Positions 21,443-31,288 of a DNA stretch of 64,000 nt are shown piece by piece (the first letter of the stretch is position 1; every line of letters begins with the position of its first letter). Position numbers and translations under genes: made by a program. Below the pieces are notes generated by a model. It was given only the letters and a program-made list of their open reading frames with translations. It made no database searches and was not told the origin of the DNA. The stretch is from Alphaproteobacteria bacterium (GTDB lineage Bacteria > Pseudomonadota > Alphaproteobacteria > Bin95), in NCBI GenBank assembly GCA_965205265.1, contig CBDBGH010000003.1, positions 2,624,001 through 2,688,000 of the forward strand, read 5' to 3'.

Positions 21443-24337
21443 TCAGGCCACGTAGATCTTGCAGAGAGTGGTCTTGGTCTCCTGCATCTGCGTGACCGAG
21501 TCATAGCCGTAGGTCTGCGCCGTGTTGGAGCTCTCGCCCAGCACGTAAGGGTCGGCGCCTTCGGGATATTTGTGCCTCAGGTCCGCGCCCTCGAAATGCC
21601 CGCCGAAGTGGAAGGGCATGAAGGCGACCCCGACTCCGACACGCTCGGTGACCATCGCCATGACCTTGACCCTGGCGCCCTCGGGACCCTCGACCCAGCA
21701 CTGCGCGCCGTTGCGCACGCCGAGATCGTTGGCGTCCTTCGGGTGGATCTCCACGAACATGTCCTGCTGGAGTTCGGCGAGCCACTTGTTCGACCGCGAT
21801 TCCTCGCCGCCGCCCTCATATTCCACGAGGCGGCCCGAAGTCAGGATCATCGGGTAGTCCTTCGAGAAATCCTGCTTCTGGATCGAGGCATACATGGTCG
21901 GCAGGCGGTAGAACTTCCGGTCCTCATAGGTCGGATAGTCCGCCACCAGGTCCCGACGCGGGGTGTAGAGCGGCTCGCGGTGCAGCGGGATCGGGTCCGG
22001 GAAGTTCCACACCACGGTCCGCGCCTTGGCGTTGCCGAACGGCGCGCAGCCATGCTTGATCGCGACCCGCTGGATGCCGCCCGAAAGGTCGGTCTTCCAG
22101 TTGGTCTTCGGCCCGGCCACAGCGTCGATGGCCGCCCGTTCGGCGTCCGTCAGATCCTTGTCCCATCCCAGGTCCATCAGCATCTGCATGGTGAACTCGG
22201 GATAGCCGTCCTGGATCTCCGAACCGACCGAATAGACGCCCTCGGCCAGCAGGTTCTCGCCGTTCCGCTCCACGCCGAACCGGGCGCGGAAGGTCAGGCC
22301 GCCTTCGGCCACCGGCTTCGACATGTCGTAGAGGTTCGGCGTGCCGGGGTGGCCCATTTCCGGCGGGCCCCAGGAAGGCCAGGGCATGCCGTAATAGTCA
22401 CCGTCGGCCGGGCCGCCGATCGCCTGCAACGTCGTGCGGTCGAAGGTGTGCTGGTTGGCCATGTGCAGCTTGATCCGCTCCGGCGACTGGCCGGTGTAGC
22501 CGATCGTCCACATGCCGCGGTTGATCTCGCCCGTGATGTCCTCGACGAGCGGTGCGTCGCCCTCTTCCACCTTGATGTTGCGGAAGAAGCGGTCCGCCCA
22601 ACCGAACTTCTTGGCGAACTTCGCCATGATGACCTGGTCGGGCAGGCTCTCGAACACGGGCTCCACCACCTTCTCGCGCCACTGGATCGAGCGGTTCGAC
22701 GCGGTGACGGACCCGTAGGTCTCGAACTGCGTCGAGGCCGGCAGCAGATAGACGCCGTCGGTGCGGTCGTGAAGCACGGCGGAGACGGTGGGATACGGGT
22801 CGATCACGACCAGCATGTCCAGCTTCTCCATCGCGGTCTTCATTTCCTTGCCGCGCGTCTGCGAGTTCGGCGCATGGCCCCAAAGCACCATGGCCCGGAC
22901 ATTGTCCGGCTGGTCCATGTTCGCCTTGTCCTCGAGCACGCCGTCGATCCAGCGGGACACCGGGATGCCCTTCAGGTTCATCAGCGGCTTCGACTTGCCG
23001 TCCGCGCCCTCGAGCATCGCGAACTGGCCCTTCAGCCAGTCGAGATCCTCTTCCCAGACACGCGCCCAGTGGGCCCAGGCGCCGCCCGAGAGGCCGTAAT
23101 AGCCGGGCAGCGTATGCGACAGGATGCCGAGGTCGGTGGCGCCCTGCACATTATCGTGGCCGCGGAAGATGTTCGTGCCGCCGCCGGAGGTGCCCATGTT
23201 GCCCAGCGCGAGCTGCAACACGCAGTAGGCGCGCGTGTTGTTGTTGCCCTGGGTGTGCTGGGTGCCGCCCATGCACCAGATCACGGTGCCGGGGCGGTTG
23301 TTCGCCATGGTGCGGGCGACGCGGCGAAGCTGCGAGCCGGGCGTGCCGGTCACGCGCTCCACTTCCTCGGGCGTCCACTTCGCGACCTCTTCGCGAATCT
23401 GGTCCATGCCCCAGACGCGGGTGCGGATGAACTCCTTGTCTTCCCACCCGTTCTCGAAGATGTGCCAGAGGATGCCCCAGATGAGCGCCACATCGGTGCC
23501 GGGCCGGAAGCGGACATACTCGTCGGCGTGGGCGGCAGTGCGCGTGAAGCGCGGGTCGCACACGATCAACGGCGCGTTGTTCTGCTCCTTGGCCTTGAGC
23601 ACATGCAGCAGCGATACCGGATGCGCTTCCGCCGGGTTGCCGCCGATGAGGAAGATCGCGCGGCTCTTGTGGATGTCGTTGTAGGAGTTGGTCATGGCGC
23701 CATAGCCCCATGTGTTCGCAACGCCTGCAACCGTGGTCGAGTGGCAGATGCGGGCCTGGTGGTCCACATTGTTCGTGCCCCAGTAGGCCGCGAACTTGCG
23801 GAACAGGTAGGCCTGCTCATTGCTGAACTTCGCCGATCCCAGCCAGTAAACGCTGTCCGGGCCGCTCTGTTCGCGAATGGACATCATGCCGTCGCCGATC
23901 TCGTCGATCGCCTGGTCCCAGCTGATGCGCTTCCACTCGCCGCCCTCTTTCTTCATGGGATATTTGAGGCGGCGTTCGCCGTTCGCGTGCTCGCGCACGG
24001 CGGCGCCCTTGGCGCAGTGCGCGCCGAGGTTGAACGGGCTGTCCCAGCCGGGCTCCTGTCCGACCCACACGCCGTTATCGACTTCGGCGATCACGGTGCA
24101 ACCGACCGAGCAGTGCGTGCAGACCGACTTGGCGGTTGCAATCGCGCCCTGCGCGGCCTGTTGGGCTTCGGCCTTCGTCACCATGCCGCCGGCGGCGCCG
24201 ATCGCAGCCAGACCTCCGATCGCGAGGCCCGAGCCCCGCAGGAAGGTCCGCCGGTCGACCGATGCCTCCGAAATGTTGGGCAGGATCGAAGTCCGCTGGG
24301 GGCGTCTCGCAACCCCGTTGGTCTTTTTCCTGAGCAT
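21443..24337 (-). CDS. fdhA: Formate dehydrogenase alpha subunit, Tat-exported, Cys-ligated Mo/W-bisPGD
   Basis: Tat motif DRRTFL; CTHCSVGC...HCAKG; active site ARICHS (Cys, not Sec); RGHDNVQG. Confidence 0.95.
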   Translation of the reverse strand: MLRKKTNGVARRPQRTSILPNISEASVDRRTFLRGSGLAIGGLAAIGAAGGMVTKAEAQQAAQGAIATAKSVCTHCSVGCTVIAEVDNGVWVGQEPGWDSPFNLGAHCAKGAAVREHANGERRLKYPMKKEGGEWKRISWDQAIDEIGDGMMSIREQSGPDSVYWLGSAKFSNEQAYLFRKFAAYWGTNNVDHQARICHSTTVAGVANTWGYGAMTNSYNDIHKSRAIFLIGGNPAEAHPVSLLHVLKAKEQNNAPLIVCDPRFTRTAAHADEYVRFRPGTDVALIWGILWHIFENGWEDKEFIRTRVWGMDQIREEVAKWTPEEVERVTGTPGSQLRRVARTMANNRPGTVIWCMGGTQHTQGNNNTRAYCVLQLALGNMGTSGGGTNIFRGHDNVQGATDLGILSHTLPGYYGLSGGAWAHWARVWEEDLDWLKGQFAMLEGADGKSKPLMNLKGIPVSRWIDGVLEDKANMDQPDNVRAMVLWGHAPNSQTRGKEMKTAMEKLDMLVVIDPYPTVSAVLHDRTDGVYLLPASTQFETYGSVTASNRSIQWREKVVEPVFESLPDQVIMAKFAKKFGWADRFFRNIKVEEGDAPLVEDITGEINRGMWTIGYTGQSPERIKLHMANQHTFDRTTLQAIGGPADGDYYGMPWPSWGPPEMGHPGTPNLYDMSKPVAEGGLTFRARFGVERNGENLLAEGVYSVGSEIQDGYPEFTMQMLMDLGWDKDLTDAERAAIDAVAGPKTNWKTDLSGGIQRVAIKHGCAPFGNAKARTVVWNFPDPIPLHREPLYTPRRDLVADYPTYEDRKFYRLPTMYASIQKQDFSKDYPMILTSGRLVEYEGGGEESRSNKWLAELQQDMFVEIHPKDANDLGVRNGAQCWVEGPEGARVKVMAMVTERVGVGVAFMPFHFGGHFEGADLRHKYPEGADPYVLGESSNTAQTYGYDSVTQMQETKTTLCKIYVA

Positions 24338-24447
24338 CTTGTTCCTCCGTCAGGCGCCCCGGCCTCGGGCCGGTTCGCCGGGTTCGTCATGCCGATGGCC
24401 GCCGGGCGTCTCGCTACCGTTGGCCATGCGTCGGCGAGAGGCGTCCG

Positions 24448-24639
24448 TCAGAAACGGGCGCTTTCGTAATAGGCGCGCGTATGCGGGGTGTCCTGCATCC
24501 GCTCCCCATTGCTGTCCGGGACCGCCGCTTCGGCCGCCTTGCCCGCCACTGCCGCGACAGCGGCTGCGGGCACGGAAACCGATGCGAGCTTCAGAAAGTC
24601 CCGGCGATTGGTCTTCTCGCCGTCCGTCCTGCTGCTCAT
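24448..24639 (-). CDS. Small Tat-signal protein of formate dehydrogenase clusters
   Basis: TNRRDFLK and C-terminal TPHTRAYYESARF; RBS GAGGAGGAG. Confidence 0.8.
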   Translation of the reverse strand: MSSRTDGEKTNRRDFLKLASVSVPAAAVAAVAGKAAEAAVPDSNGERMQDTPHTRAYYESARF

Positions 24640-24693
24640 GCGCATGCTCCTCCTCTGCGTCTGGCCCGCCGCAGCGGACCGGTTCGATGCGGG

Positions 24694-25305
24694 CTAGCCC
24701 GCCGTCATCCGGAACGCCTCTTTCTCGATCTCCATGAACGCCCGTCCCGCAGAACCGACAGGCGCGTAGAAAACCGAATTCCGCGCGCTTTCCAAATCCG
24801 TGAAGAAATGCCCCGCCCAAGGGGCGATGTGCCTGTTGAAGAACCGCCTGGTCTCCTCCAGCGAGGCCGGCTCCCCGAAGCGTCCGAGGATCATGCCCGC
24901 CATCATCTCCATCAGGCTGGCGATATGGTCCTCGGGCTCGTAAACGGCGAAGGCGCGCTGCATGCCGAGTCCGGCCATGTCGTTGCGCAGCGCCGCCAGC
25001 GGCTTCTCGTTGAGGAAGCCCGTGAGGTAGTAGCTGGCATAGGGGAGCAGTTCGCCCCGCCCCACGCCGATGAACAGGGCGGTGTATTCGCTTTCCGCCG
25101 CTTTTTCGGTCGTCGCGCCCGCGACCCGCGAAAGCGCGTGGACGGCGCGGCCGAGCTCGCTGTCGTCGCCGGTGAGCGCCGCCGACCTGTCCAGCAGCGC
25201 TCGGTCCGGCGGCCGGGCCAGCAGCGCGGCCAGAAAATCGTAGAGGTCGGCCCGGAGCCGCTCCTCTTCCGCGATTTCCACGTCCTGCACCGCTTCCGCC
25301 GTCAT
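24694..25305 (-). CDS. TorD/DmsD family molybdoenzyme maturation chaperone
   Basis: LFIGVGRGELLPYASYY, EPEDHIA, FF.RHIAPW. Confidence 0.9.
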   Translation of the reverse strand: MTAEAVQDVEIAEEERLRADLYDFLAALLARPPDRALLDRSAALTGDDSELGRAVHALSRVAGATTEKAAESEYTALFIGVGRGELLPYASYYLTGFLNEKPLAALRNDMAGLGMQRAFAVYEPEDHIASLMEMMAGMILGRFGEPASLEETRRFFNRHIAPWAGHFFTDLESARNSVFYAPVGSAGRAFMEIEKEAFRMTAG

Positions 25306-25321
25306 CGCCTCTCCCATCGCC

Positions 25322-25933
25322 TCAGGCCGCCTGCCCCGGTTCGGCGTCGGCGAAGGCAAACCGCATCCGCGGCTTCGCCCGCGCTATCGGCGTCTCTTCC
25401 ATCGCCGGGGCTTCGGACAGCGCAGCCAGCGGCTCGGGTTCCGCCGCCGCCGCCGGCTCCCCGGCTTCCGCTTCGGCAGCGCCGTCCTCGTCCTCCACCG
25501 TCCCGCCGACGGCCTTTTCCGCCTTTTCCGCCGCCTCAGCCATCGCCTCCAGGTGCTTCAGCATCCCCTTGCCGACCTGGTAGGCGCTCTGGAGGTTCTC
25601 CATGACCAGCGCCGCGTCGGTGTAGTCCTCGCCGTAGTCCACCAGATTGTCGAGATTGGCGAGCACCGGGTTGGACCGCCAGAGCTGCCGCAAGGCGCGG
25701 CGACGCAGCCGCTCCGGCACCGCGTCGGACATGAAGGCGGAGAAGTCGTCGCCCTGCTTCATGCTGTCGGGGTCGGGTAGCTCCAGCTCGGCCAGCACTT
25801 CTTCGTCCGGGCGTTCCTCCAGCGCCGCCTGCTCCTCTGCGGCGCGGACCTCGAGTTCCGCCTCCTCGCGGACGCGCTCTTCCGCCGCCACCGCCGCCTT
25901 GCGGCGCGACCAGAAATCGGCCTGCGCGCTCAA
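25322..25933 (-). CDS. DUF3306 domain protein
   Basis: FWSRRK, LPDPD, DDFSAFM...VPE.LRRRALR.LW, DNL.DY.EDYT; TTG start overlaps the upstream stop. Confidence 0.85.
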   Translation of the reverse strand: MSAQADFWSRRKAAVAAEERVREEAELEVRAAEEQAALEERPDEEVLAELELPDPDSMKQGDDFSAFMSDAVPERLRRRALRQLWRSNPVLANLDNLVDYGEDYTDAALVMENLQSAYQVGKGMLKHLEAMAEAAEKAEKAVGGTVEDEDGAAEAEAGEPAAAAEPEPLAALSEAPAMEETPIARAKPRMRFAFADAEPGQAA

Positions 25934-26490
25934 GGGAGCGCCTCCGCGCGCCTTGGCGCGCGATAGACATCCGACATCTGGCGAATGCGCGGATCGCCCT
26001 TGCCGTCCTCGGAGAGATCGACCCGCCGCCTGTCGCGCCGGCGCTTGACGAAGGGCTCCTCCTCGTGATGGCGCTCGATGAAGTCGCGCACTACCGCCAC
26101 CAGGCCTTCCGGCATCGGCGCCTGGTCGACGATCTCCTCGCCGCTGTCCATATAGTCCTGCGCCTCGTAGGGAGACGCCGTGGCCAGCACGACTTCGAGT
26201 TCCTGCGGCGCATCCTCGCCGGTCGTCCGGCGCATGACCACATAGACCGCCGGCACGCGCGCCGCGAGGCCGGTCATATAGGCCTCGACATCGGCGGCCC
26301 AGAACTCCAGCGGCACGGTGGCCGCGTGGTATTCGACGGTCTCGCCCTCGCGCCTGATCTCGCGCCAGTCCGCCGGCGCGGCACCGGGCACGACATCCGC
26401 AACTGTCCACGACCACCGCGCCCAACGGCTCGCCGCCGGGCTGCGGCGGAGAATGATTCCGAGCGGCAATGACAACGCGCTCGCCGGCAT
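25930..26490 (-). CDS. DUF3305 domain protein
   Basis: SRWARWSW, ATASPYEAQDY.DSGEEIVD..PMP, HH.EEPF.KR.RD; paired with DUF3306 in the fdh cluster. Confidence 0.85.
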   Translation of the reverse strand: MPASALSLPLGIILRRSPAASRWARWSWTVADVVPGAAPADWREIRREGETVEYHAATVPLEFWAADVEAYMTGLAARVPAVYVVMRRTTGEDAPQELEVVLATASPYEAQDYMDSGEEIVDQAPMPEGLVAVVRDFIERHHEEEPFVKRRRDRRRVDLSEDGKGDPRIRQMSDVYRAPRRAEALP

Positions 26491-26805
26491 AATGCCGATC
26501 TCCTCCGGGCAGACACCCCATCGTTTCCGCGCAAGACGGTACGCTGCCCTGCGACAATAATGTACCCCTTTCCGCCCCCTGCCAACAGAAAAAACCGTTT
26601 TCTCCGGCGCCGCTGCCGCCCGTGTTTCCGGCGGTCTGGACAGGCGGCCGGAAGGGACCATACTTATCCGGTGCGCGGCGGGGGCGACGCCCCCGGAAAC
26701 CGCCGCCCGGCCCCCGGAGAAAGTTCGCTCCGACGGCCCCCCGGCGCGGCGGCGACATGACAAGCCTGCAGCCGGTCCGCAGCGGCTTGTCCGGAGGACA
26801 GGGAC

Positions 26806-28767
26806 ATGGCCGGTATCCTGCTCGTGTGCGATTGCGCCCACAGCCAGACCGTCGATTCGGACAGCATCGAGGCGGGCGCGGGCATCGCCTGCTCGCGCCT
26901 CCACAGCGCGCTCTGCACGACGGAAGCCGGCGCCGCCGCGAAAGCCATACAGGACGGCAATGCCGTCATCGCCTGCCAGCAGGAATGGGCGCGCTTCGAG
27001 GAGATCGCGGAGGAGCTTGAGGCTCCCGTCCCGCTGCTGGTCGATATCCGCGACCGCGCCGGGTGGTCCGACGAGGCCGCCGGGGCCGGCCCCAAACAGG
27101 CGGCGCTGGTGGCCCAGGCGCTGCTCGCCGCGCCGCAGACCCGGACCGTGGATGTGGTCTCCGAGGGGCGCTGCCTCGTGATCGGCGGCGAGGCCGCGGC
27201 GCTGGCGGCGGCGGAGCGCCTGGCCGAGCCGATGTCGGTCACCGTGCTGCTTGCCGAGCCGCCGGAAGACCTGCCGGTGGACCGCCGCTTCGAGGTCGTG
27301 GTCGGCAGGCTGCGGACGGCCGCAGGCGCGCTCGGCGGCTTCCGGCTGCGGATCGACGGCCTCCGGCAGATGGAGCCCGGCGGGCGCGGCGCCTTCGCCT
27401 TCTCCGAGCCCCGCGACGGCGCGGAGAGCGAGTGCGACTCGATTCTCGACATTTCCGGCGCGGCGCCGCTTTTCCCCGCCCACGAGAAGCGCGAGGGCTA
27501 TTTCCGGGCCGACCCGGGCGATCCGAACGCCGTCGCCGCCGCCGTGTTCGAGGCCGGACAGACGGTCGGCACCTTCGAGAAACCCCTCTATGTGCGGCTG
27601 GAGGAAAGCCTCTGCGCCCACTCGCGCGCCAGCCAGCGCGGCTGCAACAAGTGCCTCGACATCTGCCCGACAGGCGCCATCGCGCCGGCGGGCGACCATG
27701 TGGCGGTCGATCCGATGGTCTGCGCCGGCTGCGGGTCCTGCTCGGCCGTCTGCCCGTCCGGCGCCATATCCTTCGATGCGCCGCCGGTGGCCTCGCTCTT
27801 CCGCCGCATGGAGGCGCTTTCCGGGGCCTACCGCAAGGCCGGGGGCGCGGCACCGCGCCTGCTGGTCACGGACCGCAGCTTCGGCGCGGAGATGGTGGCT
27901 CTCTCGGCGCGCTTCGGGCGGGGCCTTCCGGCCGATGTCATCCCCTTCGAGGTCGAGGCGATTGCGGGCTTCGGCCATGCCGAAATGCTGGCGGCGCTTG
28001 CGGGCGGATTCGCCTCGGTGGATCTGCTGCTGCCACCGCGGGTCGAGGACGAGGCGCCGCGCCGCGAGCTCGCGCTGGCGCAGGCGATGGGCGGCGAGGG
28101 GCGGCTCGGCCTGCTGGAGGTCGGCGACCCCGATGCGCTGTCGGAGGCGCTCTACGACCGCGAGGCTGCCGCAGAGCCGGCCGAGCCCGTGCTCGCGCTC
28201 GGCTCCCGCCGGCAGGTCGCACGGCTGGCGGCGCAGGCGCTGAACCCGGCCGGCGCCATGCTGCCCTTGCCCGAGGGCGCGCCCTACGGCTCGGTCAATG
28301 TGGATACCGACGCCTGCACGCTCTGCCTCGCCTGCGCCTCGCTCTGCCCCTCCGGCGCACTCGGCGACAATCCCGACCTGCCCCAGCTCCGGTTCCAGGA
28401 GGATGCCTGCCTGCAATGCGGGCTCTGCGTGCAGGTCTGCCCGGAGGACGCGGTTGCGCTGGAGCCCCGGCTGGACCTCTCCGACGCCGCGCTGGAACAG
28501 CGGGTTCTCAACGAGGAAGAGCCCTATGAATGCATCGAGTGCGGCAAGCCCTTCGGCGTGAAGTCCACGGTGGAGCGGATCGTGGCGCAGCTGGCCGGCA
28601 AGCACTCCATGTTCGCGGGTGCGGACGCCTCCCGGCTCATCCGCATGTGCGACGACTGCCGCATCAATGCGCAGTACCACGCCGCGGACAACCCCTTCGC
28701 CATGGGCGAGCGGCCCCGCGTGCGCACCACCGAGGACTATCTCCGCGACCGCAGCAAGGATCATTGA
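26806..28767 (+). CDS. Polyferredoxin 4Fe-4S binding protein associated with the fdh cluster
   Basis: CNKCLDICP, CAGCGSCSAVCP, CTLCLACASLCP, CLQCGLCVQVCP, CIECGKPF...MCDDCR; RBS GGAGG. Confidence 0.9.
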   Translation: MAGILLVCDCAHSQTVDSDSIEAGAGIACSRLHSALCTTEAGAAAKAIQDGNAVIACQQEWARFEEIAEELEAPVPLLVDIRDRAGWSDEAAGAGPKQAALVAQALLAAPQTRTVDVVSEGRCLVIGGEAAALAAAERLAEPMSVTVLLAEPPEDLPVDRRFEVVVGRLRTAAGALGGFRLRIDGLRQMEPGGRGAFAFSEPRDGAESECDSILDISGAAPLFPAHEKREGYFRADPGDPNAVAAAVFEAGQTVGTFEKPLYVRLEESLCAHSRASQRGCNKCLDICPTGAIAPAGDHVAVDPMVCAGCGSCSAVCPSGAISFDAPPVASLFRRMEALSGAYRKAGGAAPRLLVTDRSFGAEMVALSARFGRGLPADVIPFEVEAIAGFGHAEMLAALAGGFASVDLLLPPRVEDEAPRRELALAQAMGGEGRLGLLEVGDPDALSEALYDREAAAEPAEPVLALGSRRQVARLAAQALNPAGAMLPLPEGAPYGSVNVDTDACTLCLACASLCPSGALGDNPDLPQLRFQEDACLQCGLCVQVCPEDAVALEPRLDLSDAALEQRVLNEEEPYECIECGKPFGVKSTVERIVAQLAGKHSMFAGADASRLIRMCDDCRINAQYHAADNPFAMGERPRVRTTEDYLRDRSKDH

Positions 28768-28786
28768 ATTCCGGAGGGAGGACGCG

Positions 28787-29809
28787 ATGAGCATCGCCGC
28801 GCAGACCCCGTTCGCGGCCCCGGTTGTGGAGCGCCTGTCGGTCCGGGTGGTCGTCGATTCGCATTACGAGCGCTTCCTGCCGCGCGCCGAGCACGAGCAT
28901 GTGACGATCGAGCATGTGGGCCAGATCCCCGGCCGGCCGATGACGACGCTCGCCGGCGAATGGGGCCTGGCGCTCCATCTGGAATCGCGCGCCGGGGGCG
29001 CAACCGCGCAATACATGCTGGATTTCGGCTTCACGCCGGAGATCATCAACCGCAACACCTCGCTGCTGGACATCGACCCGGCGAAGCTGGACGGGCTGAT
29101 CCTGAGCCACGGCCACCGCGACCACTATGGCGGGCTCGACGGCTTCGTGACGCAGCACCGCAAGGCGATGAAGTCCGACCTCTCGCTCTATGTTGGCGCG
29201 GAGGAGGCGTTCTCGGTGCGCTGGGTGCCGACCGGGCCGCCGCCGAAGCCGGGGGGCAAGCGGGAATATGTCTCGTGGGGCGCGCCCGACCGGACGAGCC
29301 TGGTGGCGCAGAACGTCATGCCCGTCTGCTGCCCGCATCCGCACGCGCTGCCGGGCCCCTTCACCACGGGCTACATCACCCGCGACACCTTCGAAGTCGT
29401 GACCGGCGGCTCGATGCTGGCCCCCTACGACCATTTCTCCGAGGCGGAACGGCGCGGCGAACTGGTGCGCGACAGCCACCCGGAGGAGCACGCGACCTGC
29501 TACATCGTCAGGGGGCGCGGCCTGGTGGTGATCTCGTCCTGCGGCCATGCCGGCATCGTCAACTCGGTGAAGACGGCAATGGCGGTCTCGGGCGTCGACA
29601 GGCTCCACGCGGTGATCGGCGGCTTCCACCTGGCGACCGCCAAGCCCGACTATATCGAGCACACCATCGACGAGCTGGAGCGCCTGGCTCCCGACGTGGT
29701 GGTCCCGATGCACTGCACCGGTCCGGCCTTCATCGAGGCCATGCGCCGCCGCATGCCGGAGCGGCTCGTCGCTTCCAATCTGGGCAGCCGGTTCATTTTC
29801 GGGGTGTAG
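28787..29809 (+). CDS. MBL-fold metallo-hydrolase
   Basis: SHGHRDHYGG, SCGHAG, GGFHL, PMHCTG. Confidence 0.88.
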   Translation: MSIAAQTPFAAPVVERLSVRVVVDSHYERFLPRAEHEHVTIEHVGQIPGRPMTTLAGEWGLALHLESRAGGATAQYMLDFGFTPEIINRNTSLLDIDPAKLDGLILSHGHRDHYGGLDGFVTQHRKAMKSDLSLYVGAEEAFSVRWVPTGPPPKPGGKREYVSWGAPDRTSLVAQNVMPVCCPHPHALPGPFTTGYITRDTFEVVTGGSMLAPYDHFSEAERRGELVRDSHPEEHATCYIVRGRGLVVISSCGHAGIVNSVKTAMAVSGVDRLHAVIGGFHLATAKPDYIEHTIDELERLAPDVVVPMHCTGPAFIEAMRRRMPERLVASNLGSRFIFGV

Positions 29810-29821
29810 GGCCGGAGAGAG

Positions 29822-30787
29822 TCAAAATCCCCGGTCTCCCGGTTGGGCGAGCGCGCGGCGGACCACGGCCCGCATGAGGTGGACGACGGCGGCATTGTCT
29901 TCCACTGGCACGCCATCGACGGCCGCGACCACCCTGCCGCTGCCGCCGTCCGTCAATCCGAGTTCGACGCCGTGTTCGACAATGGCGCGCTCCTCTTCCG
30001 GCGTGTGGCACAGTTCGGGGTCGCCCCGCCTGAGCGCGAGCGCCGCAACAACGCCGTAGCAGCCGATATTGGACGAGGTGCCGACGACCAGGACATCGGC
30101 CGGCATCACCGTGAAGATCCCGCCGCCGCAGGCGGTCTTCTCCTTCAGGTTGAACGCCGGCATCCGCGCGCAGAGCGCGTCGTAAATCTTTCCGAAGCCG
30201 ACCTCGTTGCCGCCGTCGCCGACGCCGAGGGTGGGCTTGCCCGACTCCGTCATCGCCCGGAACAGGCGGTCCACGTTCGAGCGGAAGGGGTGGCGCGGCG
30301 TTCCGGTGACGCCGTAGAGATTGCCGTGCGGGTTGCCGCCGTGGCGCTCCACCGCCACCGCCATATCCAGCTCCGCCGCGATGGCTTCCTGCTGCGCGGT
30401 GTCGTGCAGGCCGAGATGGACGGTCGGCGCGTCGAGGCCGCAGCGCGCCGCGAGCGCCTCTATCGGCGGCGCGGCCGGCGGGTCGGTATAGAAGCCGATC
30501 CGGTGCCCCAGGGCGGCAAGCGCGCGGGCCAGCACGACCGCGCCCAGCGGGCCGTCATTCTCGCCGGCGGGCATGCGGTCGGGCACGGCCGCGCCGGTCA
30601 CGATCCCGATATGCGCCGGCGGCCGCTCGAGCAGTTCGGCGGCAGCGAGGGTGAGTGGCCGGCCCTCGGCTTCCCGCGCCGCCTCGTAAAGGCCCGTCTT
30701 GACGCCATGCGGCAGGGCGGCACCCTGAAGCTCCAGGCATGAAAGCCGGTCTAGGTTCTCGTAGACTGCTTCGACATTCGCTTCCAC
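29822..30787 (-). CDS. D-glutamate cyclase (DUF4392) domain protein
   Basis: IVTG, ENDGPLGA, AVER.G, GVGDGGNEVGFG, SNIGCYG; RBS GAGGAGG before GTG. Confidence 0.8.
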   Translation of the reverse strand: MEANVEAVYENLDRLSCLELQGAALPHGVKTGLYEAAREAEGRPLTLAAAELLERPPAHIGIVTGAAVPDRMPAGENDGPLGAVVLARALAALGHRIGFYTDPPAAPPIEALAARCGLDAPTVHLGLHDTAQQEAIAAELDMAVAVERHGGNPHGNLYGVTGTPRHPFRSNVDRLFRAMTESGKPTLGVGDGGNEVGFGKIYDALCARMPAFNLKEKTACGGGIFTVMPADVLVVGTSSNIGCYGVVAALALRRGDPELCHTPEEERAIVEHGVELGLTDGGSGRVVAAVDGVPVEDNAAVVHLMRAVVRRALAQPGDRGF

Positions 30788-30886
30788 GGCCGGTCCTCCT
30801 CTTTCCCGGTGCCGAGGCCGCCTGACGCCGCCAGTGCCCCGAACAAGGGCCTCGCAGCCATGCCGGGCGGAGGACCCGGTCGAGAG

Positions 30887-31170
30887 TCAGGCGGCCTTGG
30901 AGGACGGATCGGCAGGAGGCGGATCCGGCAGGGGCGTCAGGTCGCGGCGCATGAACACCGCCTCCAGCAGCCCTTCGATACGCGCCACCCGGTCGCGCAA
31001 CTCGTTCATCTCGCTGCGTAGCCCGCCGATCTCGCGCGTATCTCGTTGCGGAACGCCTCGATCTCGCCGCGAAGTTCGTTGCGCAGCGCGCGTATGTCCT
31101 GACGCAACCATGCGAACAGGCCCAGGATCAGCGCCCCGAGCGCAACGAAACCGGCGAGATTGGCATCCAT
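30887..31170 (-). pseudogene. Small membrane-anchored coiled-coil protein with an apparent 1-nt deletion
   Basis: ATG 31170 gives MDANLAGFVALGALILGLFAWLRQDIRALRNELRGEIEAFRNEIR; the pattern continues in another frame as EIGGLRSEMNELRDRVARIEGLLE; shift at about 31035. Confidence 0.65.
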
Positions 31171-31288
31171 GCGGCGACTTTAGCGGCGGCGGCCCGCTCC
31201 GTCCACGCCCTTTCCGCTCTCGGGAAGTTCGAGCTTGCGCGGCAGTCTGCTGTAGCGGAGGCGTTCCAAGCACGGGCTCCGCGCCATC

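Noticed and set aside
23735-23760. Selenocysteine in formate dehydrogenase alpha
   Set aside because: The active-site codon is TGC (ARICHS) and the ORF is uninterrupted.
24298-24413. 11-nt repeat GGGCGTCTCGC on either side of the fdh alpha start
   Set aside because: Short, GC-rich and compatible with chance; no supporting structure.
26491-26805. Possible RegA-type sites or a Moco riboswitch in the fdh divergent intergenic region
   Set aside because: GCGAC/GCGGC words are too common at this GC content, and I could not fold a convincing conserved structure by eye.
30887-31273. 128-aa ORF as called in the track
   Set aside because: Its N-terminal part is low-complexity Arg/Gly/Pro. The real N-terminus appears to be the TM-encoding frame from ATG 31170, joined by a frameshift.
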